NCBI GenBank assembly: GCA_013425325.1
Contig: JACCLL010000085.1
Span: 1-39,392 of the forward strand
Direction of reading: 5' to 3'
DNA: 39,392 bases
From: Candidatus Micrarchaeota archaeon
GTDB taxonomy: Archaea > Micrarchaeota > Micrarchaeia > Norongarragalinales > UBA8480
Below, piece after piece: positions 24,801-33,700 of this stretch (position 1 is its first letter; each line of letters starts with the position of its first letter). The translations under genes were made by a program, and so were the position numbers. The notes beneath the pieces are model-generated. The model saw nothing but the letters and a program-made list of their open reading frames with translations, ran no database searches and was not told the origin of the DNA.

Positions 24801-27693
24801 AAACGGGTTGGCCGTACGCGTCGGTTACTGTAAACGTGACTTTGTTTTGCTCAAGCGCCTTCAGCAAGGTCGGCCTTACTTCGACTTTGAGGCTGTTGCG
24901 GCTGTTTGAAACGCTGACTGAAAAAGTTTTTTCAACCGAGTCCTCGCCGCTTGAAACAGCCAGCGAAAGCAGGGCGTCCTGCGCGTAAGCCCTTGCTTTT
25001 ATTCTGAAGCTTCCGTCGCCTGTGACGGACGGCAGCGAAATTTCCTGCGTGCCTTCCGCAGCGGGCTTGGCCGGCACGCGGCTGCCGCCGCTTATTGCCT
25101 CAATTAATTGCAGGGCAGTGCTCTCGGTTGAAAGCGTTGCCTGCGCCTTTGCCTGTGAAACTACTTTAAACTTTAAGTTGAATTCCTCGGGAACGACTGC
25201 CTCGAACGTCCCGGAACCCGTTTTTCCGGTCACGCCCTCCAAGTACGCCTGCACGCACAGGCTTCCGGAGCACTCGCCTTGGAAGCTTACTTCAAAGTTT
25301 CCCGACAGCGTGGTAGTTGCAAGGAGCTCTGGCTTGGAAACTCCCGCTGCCGCGTCCTGGGGGTCGCGCAGGACTCCCGTCGCAGTGGTGAAAGCAGTCC
25401 TGTGGCTGAGCGAAACAGTTGCCAAGGAAACTGCTTTCGTCCTGAACACTACCTTGATTTCTTTCGACCCGTTGAACGAGCCGAAGCGGAACCGCGCCCA
25501 CTTGTAGCCTTCCTGGTTCAAGGAATGGGAAGTGCCGACTGTCGACGGAAGCTGTGGAACGCCGCCGGTTGCGCTTGCATTGATTTGTTCGGTGGTGTTC
25601 AACACTTCAAGCGAAATGGGAGTGGGCGTAGCCGGAGTAGTTCCTTGTTCTTCGTAGGCCGCCGCGGAAAAGTCCGCGCCTCCCTCGACGAAAGCGTCGG
25701 GAGCGTAGTAATCAATTATTTCAGCAGGCTCCTGGTCGAGGCCGCCTTGCGGGTTTCCCAGCAAGACAAACGCTTCGGCCGAGTCGAACGAAGCGGGGGG
25801 CGCTCGAATCAAGTACTTCGCCGAGTAAACGGTTGCAGGATCGAGGGTTGAAACCTTCTTGCCCTTCGAGTCGAAGACGCCGAGGAAAGTCAAGCGAATC
25901 GACGCGGCGACCGCCGAGCTGACTATTCTAACCGACTCGTTCAACGAAGCGCCGCCCGTAACTTGAACGGTTGCAGAATGCGTTCCATAACCGGAAGCGG
26001 CGACGGAGTAGGTTGCGGTTCCTTCTTCCGCTTGAACCGAACACTTGCCGTTGTTGCCGGCAGTGCAGTTGACCGCGTTTCCGGCTGCATCGCTCAACGA
26101 AACCAGCGCGCCTGCAACGGGAGCGTTGGAATAGTAGTCGATTACTTCGAATTCAATGCTTGCCTTCGCGGGCGCAAGCTGTACTGCTACAATGTTAGTT
26201 TGGCCGGGCGTGAGCGTGAACTGCGTCGAGCCAACTTGGTTGCCGGAAGTGGCGCGGGCTTCGTAGCCGCCGACCGCGAAGTTAGTGAAACTGGTTTTTC
26301 CGTCCAACCCAGTGCGTTGCTCGGGAACTCCGGTCGGATAGCCGTTGGAATAGAATACGGCGACTTGAGCAGCCGGCGCCGGCACGCCGTTCTTGTCGGA
26401 AACTCTTACTTCCAGTTCAGCGGAGTTAGAGGAAGTAGGCGTTTCGAGGGTTAACGTGAATTCTCCTCCGCCGCCGACGAACAGCGACGACGGAAGCAGT
26501 CCTTGCTTGAAAGCAGTCACGAGACAGTCTTCGCCTGCCGGCGCGTCGAACGAAGTGACTCCCTCCGCCGGCGTTGACTCCTCTCTCTTCGACAAAGGCA
26601 GGCCGCAGTAAAGCATTATAGTCGGGCTTTCAACGAAATTGCCGTCCTCGTCAACCACGCTTACTGCAATGGCTTTTGAGTTGTCGGCGGTTTTTTTGAC
26701 TAGGCGGATGGTTACGTAGTTGTCGCCGGCTTCCGCGGTCTGCACTGCACTTGATTTTGACAGAAATCCGTCCGCTTTTGCCAAGACGCTGAACGAAGCG
26801 CCGACTGGAACGTCGACTGCCTCGGTTGCGCCGTCAGCGTCAGTAGAAAGAGTTGCGAGGGTGCCGTCGGTTCCGTTTACCCTGACTTCGACAGTAGCGT
26901 TTTCTATTGACGCGCCTTCCAAGCCCGTTGACTCGCGCACGAAAACGTGGAGTTTCGCCTGCGGCGTTTCCCCTATTTTCCACATTCTTATTACTTGAGG
27001 GGCAGTGTTAACCAAGCCAACCGGAATAGTTCTTTCCTCGGGCCTGTAACCGGGCGCGTCCGCAGTAACAACGTAGTTAGTGTTGGCGTCCACGTCGAAG
27101 GAAACAATTGAACCGAAACGCGTTTCTATCTGCCGGCCCTTGTTTTCCGTCCACAGCGAAACGTTGGCTGCAAGCGGGCCGTCTATCTGAATCCGGAGGG
27201 TAACCCGCAACAAAAGTTTTTTAGTCAGCTTGAGCGAACTGCTCTTCGGCGTTCCGGCCGCAAGAGTATACGAATCGGTAGTCGGCTCGTAGTCCGGGCC
27301 GGCATTCGCTTCGGCGGTCACTTCGCCGGCCGGAACATTGGAGAAGTAAACGTATCCGTTTTCGTCGGTAGTATTCTGGCCGATCGGGCCTACTCCCGCA
27401 AGGCGGAGTGCGACGACGGCTCCCGACAAGGGCGAGCCGGCTTCGTCGACTACCCGCAGCCTCAGCGTAGTGGAAGTCGGAATCAGCATGGGGCCGACTA
27501 CGCTGAACCACAGCGCGGCAAAAACGATTGCAAGAATGATTGCCACGAACAAGGGCAGGGCCGGAATTCCTCTTTCCTCAAGCGCGTCGCAAACGCCCCT
27601 GAGCGGAATGCCTTTTTCGTCGCACCACTCTAGAAAGCCTTCCCACTTTTCCTGCACGCCGGCATAGAATTCTTCCAAACTCAATCCTTTCAA
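18847..27693 (-). CDS. Giant (2948 aa) signal-anchored surface protein with CarboxypepD_reg/Ig-like repeats and a hydrophobic C-terminal module
   Basis: Cytoplasmic N-terminal motif plus TM. Many V.V.D..G.P..GA.V...T...G...F...A.G(Y/F) beta-sandwich repeats and many NxS/T sequons. Cys-rich and hydrophobic C-terminal region. TTG start is uncertain. Confidence 0.9.
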   Translation of the reverse strand: MKGLSLEEFYAGVQEKWEGFLEWCDEKGIPLRGVCDALEERGIPALPLFVAIILAIVFAALWFSVVGPMLIPTSTTLRLRVVDEAGSPLSGAVVALRLAGVGPIGQNTTDENGYVYFSNVPAGEVTAEANAGPDYEPTTDSYTLAAGTPKSSSLKLTKKLLLRVTLRIQIDGPLAANVSLWTENKGRQIETRFGSIVSFDVDANTNYVVTADAPGYRPEERTIPVGLVNTAPQVIRMWKIGETPQAKLHVFVRESTGLEGASIENATVEVRVNGTDGTLATLSTDADGATEAVDVPVGASFSVLAKADGFLSKSSAVQTAEAGDNYVTIRLVKKTADNSKAIAVSVVDEDGNFVESPTIMLYCGLPLSKREESTPAEGVTSFDAPAGEDCLVTAFKQGLLPSSLFVGGGGEFTLTLETPTSSNSAELEVRVSDKNGVPAPAAQVAVFYSNGYPTGVPEQRTGLDGKTSFTNFAVGGYEARATSGNQVGSTQFTLTPGQTNIVAVQLAPAKASIEFEVIDYYSNAPVAGALVSLSDAAGNAVNCTAGNNGKCSVQAEEGTATYSVAASGYGTHSATVQVTGGASLNESVRIVSSAVAASIRLTFLGVFDSKGKKVSTLDPATVYSAKYLIRAPPASFDSAEAFVLLGNPQGGLDQEPAEIIDYYAPDAFVEGGADFSAAAYEEQGTTPATPTPISLEVLNTTEQINASATGGVPQLPSTVGTSHSLNQEGYKWARFRFGSFNGSKEIKVVFRTKAVSLATVSLSHRTAFTTATGVLRDPQDAAAGVSKPELLATTTLSGNFEVSFQGECSGSLCVQAYLEGVTGKTGSGTFEAVVPEEFNLKFKVVSQAKAQATLSTESTALQLIEAISGGSRVPAKPAAEGTQEISLPSVTGDGSFRIKARAYAQDALLSLAVSSGEDSVEKTFSVSVSNSRNSLKVEVRPTLLKALEQNKVTFTVTDAYGQPVSSARVSLGVEDDALGTTFESSGASEEGSAQHAEGVYVIDGIEPQRIGEVDYQVSAEGFRTKKGTLNVVTQKLFSIEPSSVSVTTGTEKGEQEPAEISLTNLLENDVRVSAAVIPDENPLYTNLLLSEPAFTLRAKEEKQLRFSAVVSQAILTVAMKAGTLSEKVSGRVHVLGQLAQTTQEADVRFTASTSVQQQALADLVEVSTEEIDFSINPPREAKKTEKLNVTNLSPFPVIVNQQSSQRNVRITPLSAQIAPGQSREFTVTATLPRESLNDRCIVEDTTQEVDLEFRIAMQSISVKKLVKANVEILASSRCYLDDGLVFTLPVPVVFKFPVGTVIRGQPADDGSIPVLLPSKDKLVFYQGSSMYGGYAAERAQNSLSYDPYGNTPYYSSTATSAYYRDPSLYSSGTSFEQTASVNQQQAVVPAGVPFVMSSRYAQSVGPVSPLSLSSNSVIVRFPTVVFIQLPADAQQQPDAMGLRVNLRNAYVILPPNTPIAQAPGYGVIAQIPPNTPVAFGRTGTDLGEMDFQYDEETILELPSDAQAYQVAGGVMANLSECTRLTIRAKSGKFTHTTPAARAVFVEGASLEGTGRSGRIRVPPGSKIKVYTCLDITDDDQKLLSITQRQPVTIILPPGYEGPPRRYKVDFDSCMPLDVRGSVAVSVSSVRRIVFPESAIGREVKQADGSTLWETTIPEGEEWSILPCDASGPVSVHGTGDYLSGSPANLTFSLSDEHQSDKKEVCLYNSGSQLLYPYSGEHYVESISSPIDQQAFSQIISRDRIYFSGQLVGTPANLALDFQNRQCNRLVIEASLSAASSDWIDANGCVAKDGWINGSITFHAKNQKDWQGTWALPVKIKISRSRNGCVYNRVFDVNNSLHGVFVNYADDWNNERTQGPMKLSFKSPGQYRFLTLANNLLEPAEISASGDAPVECELPASMSAGDAQLVRCTSVRQGDGNLKITFTGTRTGNSTEKSVLVVVFPEPATPEARELYSASPVGELAPPQAVTQAASSEQMAAKQKVSLQDEGADEPPAPLQERVVVQSAVEEMPEADTSFITCQKFFCDAEQTRSAYVSFLSNMKSYLDSITKSQETNTFFCEHTVLGSQGLLTKSIILQKVAANQSLDEFNKMLRQEAGGAQVSNSYRDYFEGITGGSVRGCGWYKVTATIDACKAAGSHADASWRNEVGIRVRVQKIQDCEQNLANAALFLRGNSPDELGVNVGHRLSDWPSEFSRVLDLPERIMSNARSVDFSSPSTLLNMFDIGVMAVGPYATEPNERDAKAATSLYQYLYGGQEHYAAPAAYYDDGEFCWDHGKYILGTMYGIGTGLLASCLIPGGQGVCIRVAQGMAQAVAICAGMGIAETATSPPGGAVCGMVNDCISSGIYGIVSALLPTGGQVALGRGLAARVGSNIVTRTAEDITRRQALRSGLVLAGIAGGTSAAVNLLASDASETSSATVPLAASAVYASRIKATPAEAVAQTTAPTAVAGAEADLAAFFAANGIVADGALAGEIGNRVRGGAAADVALREAQDALVQAEATRLAGLPQNTLNGIAQEHGLQAVSLTDDAAITGLARARVLGAQRTEDFLRQLVGDAAVERTAAGELRILFRRGADELIDAGTFSRVTVTQGLPANIIDDVALASEMGNVNGIGTAGGRGYTMLYTQSPLTAAPAPIRAEIAQRVFASNGQLTPGMAFEQLLAEAESQGSLAQFVEGNFQRTFLARTSGLPTTTTITEDVARQVVQRWRTPGFVNSPAGLLDQQLLTTARAVETTNLIERSVIRTPAAEAATRVAGEEAAAAAAADAGAAASGGRISRARDALRRAQAGRIALQVASTLLFTTDMRPVQAELDPLVPSHIVSYHLSGSPGDSYFSTVDRLCVKTAQGCIAEESFYLGNACNSNYAACLLQTPVTSFAAASPQGYDLLMAINNPRVNAEQFFKSVFAPDDAPLTNVAVKGGTLGAAEISRLQSQREDTGTGRGAGESAS

Positions 27694-27719
27694 CCCATGT
27701 TTTACAATGCTTTTTCGTC

Positions 27720-27742
27720 CTTAAAAAAGGAAAGGAAAAAAA
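27720..27742 (-). terminator. T-rich tract after the 2784-aa gene (terminator and/or TATA box of the next gene)
   Basis: TTTTTTTCCTTTCCTTTTTTAAG directly after the TGA; TTTTTAAG lies about 27 nt before TTG 27693. Confidence 0.45.
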
Positions 27743-30700
27743 TCAAATGCTTGACAACGGCGCGTAAACCCACGCGCAGTGCTGCTGCACGGCCTCCGTT
27801 CTTCCGGAACGCGTGTGGATTGCACGGAGTTGTAAGTTGTGCGCGTTCTGGCTTATCACCCAGCCTTCTTCGCAGACGAACAACTCTATTATGAAGTTAG
27901 CCCACGAAGACGAGACGCCAGTTAGCGTGGCAGTCTGTTCGCCGGTGGCGTCACCTGAAGCCACTTTCTTCCACACCCAACCCGAGGAACCGCTTGTGTT
28001 AACAGCTGCAAGGACGTAGACGTTGCCTGGAGTTGCCTTAAAGCGAGCCGTGACGGTATTGCCTTGGCTTTGGAATTCAGCGCCGTCAATTGAAACGTCC
28101 CCGTCGCCACTCTGCGAGTGGCTTCCAATTGCTCTCGACCATCCGGAGGTGTACGTAAAGGAAGGTTGAGCGCTAATTGCTGGTTGGCTGCTCGACGGCT
28201 GCGCAAGTCCGCCGCCGGCTTCGACTGCAGGAACTTGCGGAATAGTGTACTCCAACAAGTTAGCCTGCATTCCGATGACGCTTACGCGCACAATTGTTTG
28301 GCCGTTATCGTCGCTGTTCAGTTGCTTGAGGCCTATGGCAAGAAGCAGCGTGTCTCCGAACGAGTTCGACTTCAAGTCTATTCCAGTACAGCCGGCGTCA
28401 CGATTCGCAGGCACGTCGGAGTGGCCGAGCAAAGCGATTCCGGAGTAAGTGCAGGTTTGCGTCCGGTCCGACTGGCCGGATGTTTTCTTGATCACATCTA
28501 TTTGTATTTTGCGGTTTGCTTTCACAAACGCGAAAGCAGGATAGGCTCGTGTAAATGAGGGTTGGTTTCCCCACGCGAAGATTATGTTCGGCTGGAATTC
28601 AACCGTCAAGCCGCACGTCGCAAAGGATGAAAGGGGACATGCGAGGTCGTAGTCGAATGCCGTAAACGCAGGCACGTGAATAGAGGTTACTGCAGACGTG
28701 GTTGGTGCCGACGGCTGCGTTGGCGGCCGTGGTTCGACAATGCGCAAGTGAGTAAGGCTGGCTCCGGCTGGGGTAATCTCTGCGCCCGGACAGCGTGCAA
28801 CTAGTTCGAAGGGTTCCTGGCTCTGCGACAGTATAATCGTCTTGCAAGGCAGGTTAGTTCCGCGGAAGTAGCTCAAGTCGTACGACTCGTCTGCGAAGTA
28901 CTGCAAAACGGCCTTCGTGAAGTTCAAAGCACTGTCGTCTTGCGCAACGCCGGCGGGGTATGCCCACGGGTGTTTCACGAACACTCTCAGCTCGGGCCTG
29001 CCGAAATCGCCTTCGGGCAGCATGCGGATGATTACTACGCCGTCGGTGGCGTTGATGCACTTCTTTCCGCTTACTTCGCCGCTTGCGGGGCAGTCGTTGT
29101 TCTGCCGCACGTCAAGCCAGGCCGGCGGAATACTATCGTCGTTGTAACCGCATTTTGCGGTCTCGATGTTTCCGCCCGTGTCCTCGCAGCTTACCACCAG
29201 AATTTCTTTGCCCGGCTTCAGCTCGGCGTTGGCGGACATGGGGGCGCTTACCGTTGTCGAGGTTGCAGAAGCAGCGGGAGCGCCAGTTGTTTGCGTTCCT
29301 GTTCCAGCTGGGGGCGTTTGCGTTCCAGTCGACGGCGAGCTCAGATCGCTCGCAGTCAATTGAGTAGCTGGCAAAATTATGTTTGAGTCAAGAGGAATGT
29401 TGTTGAAAGATTTTTTGTAGTTCGTACCACTACAATCAATGCCCGCGAAACCGATGGTCACGTGTTCATTGTCGCTCAACAAGACACTGAACAACAGGGA
29501 ATCGATAGTAAAACTGAAAACGGCCTGGCCCGCTTCGAAAGTATTGCCTACTTCTGAAGCATATACCGATGTTCCGTCACTCAGTTCTATCCACGCCATT
29601 TGCACGTCGCCGACGCAAGGTTGTCCTGAAGGATTGTTGAAAATAGCTGAAACGCCCACTTCTGTCTCGGCAGGAGACAGGCTCAACGGCAGTTCACTTC
29701 GAGCGTGTGAAACGGTGGCAGGCGCCTGGCCTGTTTGCGTTCCTTGCAGGAAGCCGACGATGTCGAGTTGGTCGTAGTTGATTTCCGCGGGCGTGCCTTT
29801 CACTGGTTCAGTGAGCGCCTTGAGCTTGTACTTGTTTAGCGTCGGCAGGGTTGGCGCGTCGCTGACTTGCACTTGGTAGTAGCCGCTTGGAGCTCCCGAT
29901 TGCTGGTTTGTCAAGCTCTTGTAAGCGAGGTAGGGGAAGCGGTTTTCTATTTCTGGCGTCGCCAGCCAGTCGCTTATGCCGGTTGCGGCATTGCCTATTA
30001 CGGTTTTTATCCAGCGGTAGGGCAGCGAACCGAGTTGCTGGAACCACTTGGGCTTGTTCGTTAACGTGAATGCTCCTGGCTCGTGGTAGACTGAAACCCA
30101 GTTTTGTCCGTTTGCGTCAGTGTTTCCGGCGGCTATTTGGTCGAGGATGCCCTGCAAGTCCTTTGCCCTGAGCTGCAGCAAGCGCGGCCCGTTTCCTTCC
30201 TCTCCTCCGCCGAGCGTGTCTGCTTTCTTCAGGACCAGGAAGAAGTCGGGCAACTCGCCTTGCTGGTCTATCAACGGCGACGCCGGCGGGGTAACCAATT
30301 GTCCCTGGCCCAGCGCTCTTCCAAACGCCTGGCGCAAGAGGTTTCTGGCGCGCTCGTCTCCGAAAATGCTTTCCATTGACTGCAGGTTTTGTCCCATTTG
30401 AGTTCCTTGGCAGAACACGTTCTCTATTGCGGTCCCAGCCGAGGAAGTTATTGAACCGAAGTTGACGTTTTCGTCTTCGCCTTCCTCTATTTCCTCTTCT
30501 TCTTCGTCGTAATTGTTGTCGCTGCAGGCTTTCATGAACGTCTTGCACACTGCTTCGCTCGCGCGGTCGGCAATCATTTCCGTAGCCAACTGGTTCAAGC
30601 AGTTTTCGAATCCCGCGTCCTGCAAGTCAGTGAAACTGCGTTTGTAGACGTACGGCACTTGAGAATAGGACTTGACTACGCCCAAGCGCACGGCTTCCTG

Positions 30701-33700
30701 GAACGCGTTCGCAGAAGCGTTGGTTTCGGCTTGCTTGCAGTACTTGGTTCCACTGCACTGCAAGGCAGTCTGCACGTCGTTCGAAGTGGCTGCGCCGCCA
30801 ACGCTTATTTTCTCTTTATCGTTGCCTACGCTTCCGACTACGTCGTAGTTAAGCAACTCGCTGTCTGTGATGGACGAAGGAATAGTAACGGAAGTGACGG
30901 GGGTTGTTAGTGTTAGCGTGAGTGGAACCGGCAGGGGCTGGTCTCCTATTTGCGTTACGTTTACAGTCAAGTCGCTTGCGGAAACCGAGGCGAAGCTTAG
31001 CTTGACTCTGTCTTCGCCGCTTCCCGGAAGATTCTGTTCAGTCTCGATTTGGCCGGTATTTTCGTTCACTCCCTTCATGCTGAAGACGACGGCTTTGTTG
31101 GGAATGTTGTTTATCAAGAAATATGGCTCCACCTGTTCCGTGTTGGGCTTGGCGCGAGTGACTATGTCTCCGCCCGCAGGCACTGCAAGCAAGTAGTAAG
31201 GCGCCGCGGGGTCGTCGGCCGGGTTGGTTCCTTCGACTTTAAGCGTCATGTAGTAATAGGATCCGACGCCGGTCGAGATCTTGAACCTGGCGCGTTTAAC
31301 TACTGGCTCTACGCCGAGCCGGCCGTCTTTGTAGACGTATTTGATGCATGCGTCGCGGTCGTTTTCGTTGAACAAAACCGCGAAGCTGCGCGTAAGTGGA
31401 ACTGCGGCCATGCCGGTAACTGCTTGGAATCCTCTGCCGAGAGCTTCTCCCAGGGAAGTGCCGGCGCCCATTAGTCCTTCCTTGTCCAAGTCTTTCAAGC
31501 GGTAGCAGCTTGCCAGCTGGGGGTCGACTTGTCCCTCGCCGGTGTCGGCAGTTGACATTGACACGTCCAAGTAAGGCAAGACGTTCATGTCAACGTTGTC
31601 GAACGCAATCGGAAAGCCGCCGTAGCGCATCATTGGAGTAATTTTTACTGTACAGTCGACTCCGCTAGAAGTAAACGTGCACATGCCAGGAATTTCCTTG
31701 GCCTGCGGCCAGCTCATTAACTGCTGGTTGCCGTAACACGAAGTGGGCTGCTGTAAGTAACCTCCTTGGCTGTAAGGACTTCCGCCATAGGACGAGCCAT
31801 AACCTCCGGTGCTGCCATACGCACCGACTTGGCCGTAGCCGCCTTGGGTTTGCCACATGCCGTTCGCGTAAGTGGAGCCTTGCGGCGCGCCGGTCCAACT
31901 CTGCGGAGCACAAGTTGGCATGCCGTTGTTGACGGCGCCGGTAGTCGACATGGCCGGGTTGGGGTACATCATGCGCGCTTGCTCGACGGGAATGCGTGAA
32001 AATCCGCCCAAGACGTTAACGTGGTAGGGAATGCTTGCAGCTACTTCCCACGCGCTTGCACCGAAGTTTACTATGTCGCCGAGCGGCGTTCCTTTCATCA
32101 CGTTTTCGCGGAACAAGCACGCGGCCATGAATCCCGAGTAGTAGCTCCAGCTGTGGTGCGGGCACCTGCTCTTTATTTTCAAGCGCGCTTCGTTGCCGTT
32201 TTCAAGCTTGCACTTGAACAGACCCGCTTTAGTGAAAAGGCCTACTACTATTGCGCCGGGGCCGAATTGCGCTTCGGTTGCGCCGAACACGACGTCACCC
32301 ACGCGGTTCTTGCATACGAAAGAATGGTTTACTGAGTCCTGGTTCCAGAACGACACGCTTACGTTAATTATTTCCGCGTTCGTGTCTTCGTTGATGTCGG
32401 TTGCGTTGACTTTCACGCGGGCGGGGTTGCTTCCGCCGTTGGGGTCGTACCAAATGCTTCCCTGCGCGCGGAAATAGAATTCAGTGCTGACGTTCGTCGG
32501 CAGGCCGATTATTCCCGCGTATTCGGTGCACAAGTTCGAGACTTCGTACTCGTAGTAGTAATTCGCTCCGGTCCGCGCGTCGCGCGACGAGAACGACACT
32601 GAACAGTCTCCGGGCGAAATCGGCGTGAGCTTCAAGCGCTTGCTTTTTCCGGCACGCAGGTTCTTGATTGCGTAAACGGCTTCGCCTTCCTCGCCGCCGC
32701 GGATTTTCGTCACTCCTATTCCGGAAATGTTTACGCAAGGCGTGTTCAAGTCGCCCGGCCCGACGCTGGCGATTACGTCAAGCGAAGAATCGAGAATGTT
32801 GTCTATAGTGACTTGCCCGCCGTTGCAGTCGAGCTCCGTTCCTTCTTCCGGCGAAAATCCGAGGAAGTCGCTGGTAGTGGAAGTGAGTTCCTCGGTTGTC
32901 TCGGCGTAGCCCTCCTTCCTTATTTTTATAATGAATATTCCAGGTGCCTTGGTTCGAATCTTGGGAATCTTGTAATAACCGTCGAGGCCGTTGTCTTCGG
33001 ACGCGTCGCCGACCGTTGCCGCAGGCGGTTCGCCGGCGAACGGCGCTCCGTCTGCTTCGTCGTCTGTTTCCTCTAAGGATATTCTGGCGTCTTCAATCGG
33101 CTGCTGTTCTCCCGAAAGAATGCGCAGCCTCACGTCTTTTTTCTTGCCTACCTCGAACGTCGTCGGTGAAAGCTCTGCTAGGACCAGCCTTCCTTTTCCT
33201 TCCACCATTACGAACGGGTTGCTTGTTGAAAGAATTGGTCCGCGGGCGTCGCCGAACTCAACTTGCAGGCGGGCGAGTTGAGTTGGAGAAATTCCTTCTG
33301 CTTGAAGGGTTCCCGCAAAGTCGGGGCCTGCGCTTCCCAAGACGATTCTGGAGTCGAAGTCCGAGTTCTTTACCGCGTTTCCGTCGCCCTCGTAGTTGCT
33401 CAAGCGCAGCACTTTGTCGGGACTGGAAATGCGTACGTAGGCCTCTGCGGCTTCGATTGGAGTGAAGGCGCGTACTTCGTAATTAACGTAAAACGATTCG
33501 CCCAGGCTTACCTTGAACGGAGAGGGATACTTCGTTTCTGGGTTGTTTGTGCTGCTGAACGAAACGACGAGGCAGGCGCTGCCTTCCGGGTTGCAGTAGT
33601 ACTTTCCGTCGGTAATCGCGTATGACTTGGAGTTTGACTTGGCGTACAAAAAGTCTTTTCCGCCGCCGGTTTGCGCAGTGCCCAGTATGTCGTCGCGGGG

